From: an uncultured Actinomycetes bacterium
GTDB taxonomy: Bacteria; Actinomycetota; Thermoleophilia; Gaiellales; Gaiellaceae
Assembly: GCA_963810295.1 (NCBI GenBank)
Contig: CAWEMW010000004.1
Coordinates: 120,392-184,391, forward strand
Length of the DNA: 64,000 bases
Direction: 5' to 3'
The translations under genes were made by a program, and so were the position numbers. Each line of letters starts with the position of its first letter. Positions within the stretch are counted from its first letter, which is position 1. The notes below the pieces were generated by a model. That model saw only the letters and a list, made by a program, of their open reading frames with translations. It had not been told where the DNA came from and made no database searches. Shown here one piece after another: positions 59,853-64,000 of this stretch.

Positions 59853-60272
59853 ATGGAGATCGCCGAGCGCCCCACGGACGTCCTGCTCGACCTCACCCCG
59901 CTCGCAGCCGAGAAGGTCAAGGCGCTGATGGCCGAGGAGCCCGACGCCGGCTCACTCGTGCTGCGCGTCGCGATCCAGGGCGGCGGTTGCTCGGGGTTCC
60001 AGTACGGGCTCGGATTCGACTCCGGGGCCGCCGAGGGCGACCATGAGCTGCAGCTCGAGGGCGTGAACATCGTCGTCGACCCCTTCAGCGCTCCGTACCT
60101 CCAGGGCGCGAGGATCGACTATCTGAACGGCCTGCAGGAGTCCGGCTTCAAGATCGACAACCCGAACGCGGTCTCCTCCTGCGGTTGCGGCCACTCGTTC
60201 CAGGTCGAGGAGGGCGAGGAGCTCCCCGAGGGAACGGCGGTGGGTGGCTGCGGCTCGGGTTGTAGTCACTAG
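59853..60272 (+). CDS. erpA: A-type Fe-S carrier (ErpA/IscA/HesB)
   Basis: LRVAIQGGGCSGFQY, IDY, F.IDNPNA and CGCGHSF. Confidence 0.9.
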   Translation: MEIAERPTDVLLDLTPLAAEKVKALMAEEPDAGSLVLRVAIQGGGCSGFQYGLGFDSGAAEGDHELQLEGVNIVVDPFSAPYLQGARIDYLNGLQESGFKIDNPNAVSSCGCGHSFQVEEGEELPEGTAVGGCGSGCSH

Positions 60273-60301
60273 GACCGTCGCGGTTCGCGGACGAACTGGA
60301 A

Positions 60302-60318
60302 CGTGGCTTTAGCCGCGT
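60302..60318. repeat. Single copy of the GGCTTTAGCC REP-like hairpin
   Basis: CGTGGCTTTAGCCGCGT shares 13 nt with 54890-54902. Confidence 0.5.
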
Positions 60319-60358
60319 CCCTGACGAGCTGCCGCGACGCCTGAACTAGATTCACGTC

Positions 60359-61702
60359 GTGAGCGACCGTCATCGCCGCGTGGCCGTCGTCGGCTCCGGC
60401 CCTGCCGGCTTCTATGCGGCCGCCGCGCTCCTCGCGAGTGACGAGCCGCAGTTCGAGGTCGACATGATCGAGCGGCTGCCGACCCCGTGGGGCCTCGTGC
60501 GGCTCGGTGTGGCGCCGGACCACCCGAACATCAAGGCGGTCTCGCGCGCGTTCGAGCGGATCGCGGCGAAGCCAGGTTTCCGCTTCTTCGGCAACGTCGA
60601 GATCGGCCGGGACGTGACGCACGAGGAGCTCGCGGAGCGGTACGACGCCGTGCTTTACGCCATCGGCGCGCAGACCGACCGGCAACTCGGCATCCCCGGC
60701 GAGGACCTCCCTGGATCCTGGCCGGCGACGGCATTCGTCGCCTGGTACAACGGCCATCCCGACTTCCAGGGACTCGAGTTCGATCTCTCGCACGAGCGGG
60801 CAGTCGTGGTCGGCAACGGCAACGTCGCGCTCGACGTCGCCCGGATGCTCGCGCTCACCCCCGAGGAGCTGGCGCCGACCGACACGACGGATGCGGCGAT
60901 CGACGCGATCAACCGGTCCGGGATCAGGGAGATCGTCGTGGTCGGGCGCCGAGGTCCCGTGCAGGCGGCCTGGACACCCGTCGAGGTCGGCGAGCTCGGC
61001 GACCTGGCAGGGGCCGACATCCTGGTCGATGCTGAGCACCTCGTCCTCGATCCGGCGAGCGCCGCAGAGCTCGAGGCGGCGCCGCCGACGGTCAAGCGGA
61101 ACGTCGAGCACCTCCGCTCGTACGCGGAACGAGACACCGAGGGACGTCCCCGGACGATCCGCCTGGAGTTTCTCGCCTCGCCGACCGCAATCCTCGGGAA
61201 CGGGAAGGTGGAGGCGATCGAGCTCACGCACAACGAGCTCGTCGACGGCAGGGCAGTTCCCACGGACGAGCGGGAGACCGTGCCGTGTGGGATCGTGTTC
61301 CGGAGCGTCGGCTATCGGGGCGTCGAGCTACCGGGCCTCCCGTTCGATCCGAGCACCGGGACGATCCCGAACGAGGGCGGCCGGGTCGTGCCCGGCCTGT
61401 ACGTCGCCGGCTGGATCAAGCGCGGCCCGAGCGGTGTGATCGGCACGAACAAGAAGGACGCGACGGAGACCGTCGAGCTCCTGCTCGAGGACGCGCGCGC
61501 CGGCTCGCTGCCCGCCGCTTCGGGCGACGATCTCGGGGAGCTCCTCGTCGAGCGCGGTGTCGATCACGTCCTGTACGCCGGCTGGGAGGCGATTGACGAG
61601 GCCGAGCGTGCCGCGGGCGAGCCGCACGGTCGCCCGCGCGTCAAGCTCTGCACGTGGGGCGAGCTCCTCGACGCCGCTGCCACCGCCCGTCGCCCCGCCT
61701 GA
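60359..61702 (+). CDS. Ferredoxin-NADP+ reductase (FprA/adrenodoxin reductase-like)
   Basis: VGSGPAG, GLVRLGVAPDH, VVGNGNVALDVAR, GRRGP, RSVGY and GWIKRGPSGVIG. Confidence 0.92.
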   Translation: MSDRHRRVAVVGSGPAGFYAAAALLASDEPQFEVDMIERLPTPWGLVRLGVAPDHPNIKAVSRAFERIAAKPGFRFFGNVEIGRDVTHEELAERYDAVLYAIGAQTDRQLGIPGEDLPGSWPATAFVAWYNGHPDFQGLEFDLSHERAVVVGNGNVALDVARMLALTPEELAPTDTTDAAIDAINRSGIREIVVVGRRGPVQAAWTPVEVGELGDLAGADILVDAEHLVLDPASAAELEAAPPTVKRNVEHLRSYAERDTEGRPRTIRLEFLASPTAILGNGKVEAIELTHNELVDGRAVPTDERETVPCGIVFRSVGYRGVELPGLPFDPSTGTIPNEGGRVVPGLYVAGWIKRGPSGVIGTNKKDATETVELLLEDARAGSLPAASGDDLGELLVERGVDHVLYAGWEAIDEAERAAGEPHGRPRVKLCTWGELLDAAATARRPA

Positions 61703-61752
61703 AGGCCGTCTTCCGAGCGTGAGCCGTCGGTCGCCGTTACCCTCGGTGGTTC

Positions 61753-63357
61753 GTGAGCGTCGCGCTCGTCTCGCTGCTGCTCCCGGTGGCCGGCTTCGTA
61801 TTGCTCCTCGCCGTCCCGTCGGCCGACGCTCACTGGCAGCACGGACCGGCGCACTTCTGGCTGATCCTGGCGACCGCGCTCGTGAACGTCGTGCTCGGCC
61901 TCGCCGCGAGCGAGGCGGCGCGACGACGCGGCGACGCGCGGGCGTTCCTCGTCTCGCTCGCCTTCCTCGTCTCCGCCGGTTTCCTCGGCCTCCACGCACT
62001 GGCGACGCCGGGCTCGGTCGTCGAAGGACGGAACGTCGGCTTCGTGATCGCGACGCCTATCGGGCTCGTGCTTGCGAGCGGGTTCGCGTCGGTGTCGGCG
62101 CTTCAGCTTTCGCAGCGCACGGCCGCCTGGGTCGTCGAGCACGAGCGAGCGATGCGGAATGCGGTGCTCGCTTCTCTTGTCGTGTGGGCGGTCGTCTCGG
62201 TCGCAGAGCTGCCGCCGCTCGACGGCCCGCCGCCGGAAGGCGAGCTCCACGGCCCGCTCATCGCGCTCGCCGTGCCTGGCATCGCCCTCTTCGGCTTCGC
62301 AGCGTGGCGGTATCTCGACCTGTACCGCAGCCGGCGCGATGCGCTGCAGGCCGCGCTTGCCGCCGCGTGGGTGCTCCTCGCCGAGGCTCTCGTCGCGATC
62401 GGGCTGTCGCGCAGCTGGCACCTCTCGTGGTGGGAGTGGCATCTCCTCATGACATGCGCGTTCGCGCTCGTCGCGTGGACGGCACGGGCGTCCTACCGTC
62501 GCTCGTCGTCCGTGGTCGAGGCCTTCGGGGGTCTGTACCTCGATGGGACGCTGGAGCGGGTCGACACGCGAACGGGAGACGCGCTGCGGGCGTTCGTCGG
62601 GGCGCTCGAGACGGGCGAGCCGTTGGACGAGGTAGCCGCCGATCTGCGAGAGCAGGGGCTCAGCGGCGACGAGGTTGCCGTGCTCGAGCGCTCGGCGCGT
62701 GAGGTACGGCGGATCGAAGAGCTCTTCCGACCGTATGTCTCCCCCGAGCTTGCGATCGGCCTCGAGGAGGCGCCCGAGCTGGCGCGACTCGGAGGCGAGG
62801 AGCGCGAGGTGACGGTGCTCTTCGCCGACCTCGAGGGGTTCACGCGCTTTGCGGAGAAGTGCGCGCCCGGTGAGTCGATCGAGATGCTCAACGCCTACTG
62901 GGCCGCCGCGGTCCCGGGCCTGCTCGACGAGAGCGCGACGATCGAGCGCTTCGCGGGCGATGCGGTGATGGCGGTGTTCAACGCGGTGGGCGACCAGCCC
63001 GACCACGCCGACCGGGGTATTCGCGCGGCGCGAGCCCTGCTCGAGGCGTCCGATGCGCTGGCGGCGCGAAACCCGGGCTGGCCGCGGTTCCGTGCGGGGG
63101 TCGCGACGGGCCCGGCGGCGGTCGGCCATGTCGGCACCGCCGACCAGCGCAGCTTCGCCGCGATCGGCGACACGACGAACGTCGCGGCGCGCCTGCAGGC
63201 CGAAGCTCGGCCGGGCGAGGCCCTGATCGCCGGCTCGACTGCGACACGCCGGGTCGACCGCGCCCCGCTCGAGCCGCGGGGCAGGCTCGCCGTCAGGGGC
63301 CGGGACGAGCCGCTCGACGTCTTCGCCCTCGCCGAGGAGCGCGCGGCAGGGGGGTAG
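61753..63357 (+). CDS. Membrane-anchored class III nucleotide cyclase
   Basis: About 8 predicted TM helices, then RYVS, VLFADLEGFT, FAGDAVMA and IGDTTNVAARL. Confidence 0.9.
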   Translation: MSVALVSLLLPVAGFVLLLAVPSADAHWQHGPAHFWLILATALVNVVLGLAASEAARRRGDARAFLVSLAFLVSAGFLGLHALATPGSVVEGRNVGFVIATPIGLVLASGFASVSALQLSQRTAAWVVEHERAMRNAVLASLVVWAVVSVAELPPLDGPPPEGELHGPLIALAVPGIALFGFAAWRYLDLYRSRRDALQAALAAAWVLLAEALVAIGLSRSWHLSWWEWHLLMTCAFALVAWTARASYRRSSSVVEAFGGLYLDGTLERVDTRTGDALRAFVGALETGEPLDEVAADLREQGLSGDEVAVLERSAREVRRIEELFRPYVSPELAIGLEEAPELARLGGEEREVTVLFADLEGFTRFAEKCAPGESIEMLNAYWAAAVPGLLDESATIERFAGDAVMAVFNAVGDQPDHADRGIRAARALLEASDALAARNPGWPRFRAGVATGPAAVGHVGTADQRSFAAIGDTTNVAARLQAEARPGEALIAGSTATRRVDRAPLEPRGRLAVRGRDEPLDVFALAEERAAGG

Positions 63358-63440
63358 TTCGGTACCAGGTGCCGGGAATGATCGATCCAGATGGCCGGCC
63401 CGTTGTTGCAGGTAACCTGATACTCGGCTAGCTTCGCGGC

Positions 63441-64000
63441 GTGGTCGTCGGCACGAACATCACGTCCTTCGGCACGCCGACGCGCACCCTCACGATGGGA
63501 GGCTCGCGCGGAGGCTTCGTCTCCCGACTCGCGATGGAGTGGCACCCGGAGGTCTTCGAAGGCGCCCTCCTCTCCGCAGGCGGCGGAGCGGGCGAGATCG
63601 CGACGTTCAACTCGCACCTCGACGGGCTCTTCGCGCTGAAGACGCTCGTCGACCCGAACGCGCCGATCCCGCTCGAGAACGTGACCACGCCCTTCGCCGA
63701 CAACGCGGCGATCACCGCGCTCGTACGTCAGGCGATGTCGACGCCGGAAGGACGCGCCCGGCTCGGGCTGGCGGCGGCGCTCGAGCAGATGCCGCTCTGG
63801 ACGATGGGCACGACACCGCCGCCCGAGGGCGACGCGCAGGCGTGGATCGAGCAGATCGGCGGCGAGCTCAACCCGGTCGTCGGAACCGTGTTCGGGTTTG
63901 CGAACCCGGCGCAGGTCCGCCAGGGCATCGAGATCGCAGCCGGAGGCAATCCGCTCTGGAACAACGGCGTCGACTACAAGAAGCTGCTCAACCGCTCGGG
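63441..64000 (+). CDS. Alpha/beta-hydrolase-like protein, 3'-partial and apparently N-truncated
   Basis: Frame open to the window end (FGTPTRTLTMGGSRGG...HPEVFEGAL). An in-frame TAG at 63429 lies just upstream of the nucleophile elbow. Confidence 0.6.
   Translation, partial: MVVGTNITSFGTPTRTLTMGGSRGGFVSRLAMEWHPEVFEGALLSAGGGAGEIATFNSHLDGLFALKTLVDPNAPIPLENVTTPFADNAAITALVRQAMSTPEGRARLGLAAALEQMPLWTMGTTPPPEGDAQAWIEQIGGELNPVVGTVFGFANPAQVRQGIEIAAGGNPLWNNGVDYKKLLNRS

Overview
A very GC-rich (roughly 70% by eye, not computed), gene-dense bacterial chromosome segment. Gene content and protein style fit Actinomycetota, most likely Thermoleophilia/Gaiellales (inference). It holds about 65 coding regions. 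Most are housekeeping or metabolic: rarA, pgi, gnd, a pabB/pabC-like pair, pncA/pncB-type NAD salvage, clpP, mce, ychF, mrp, trpB2, a complete 14-gene nuoA-N operon on the minus strand, erpA and an fprA-like reductase. I found no rRNA, tRNA, CRISPR array, intact transposase or prophage. Most interesting: (1) a probable 6C-type small RNA with a SigF/SigB-like promoter and its own terminator at about 39060-39230; (2) two convergent large ATPase-LuxR regulators enclosing a DUF4242 gene and two paralogous secreted His/Met/Cys-motif proteins at 1-5594; (3) REP/REPIN-like palindromes in the only two large gaps of the nuo operon; (4) several gene relics, including a collapsed vapBC module; (5) an unannotated small gene with an apparent CTG start. 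About ten single-base frameshifts, mostly at 27-34 kb, are more likely consensus errors than real pseudogenes. Many long ORFs in the supplied track are GC-rich shadow frames or frameshift fusions. Family assignments come from motif recognition, not database searches.
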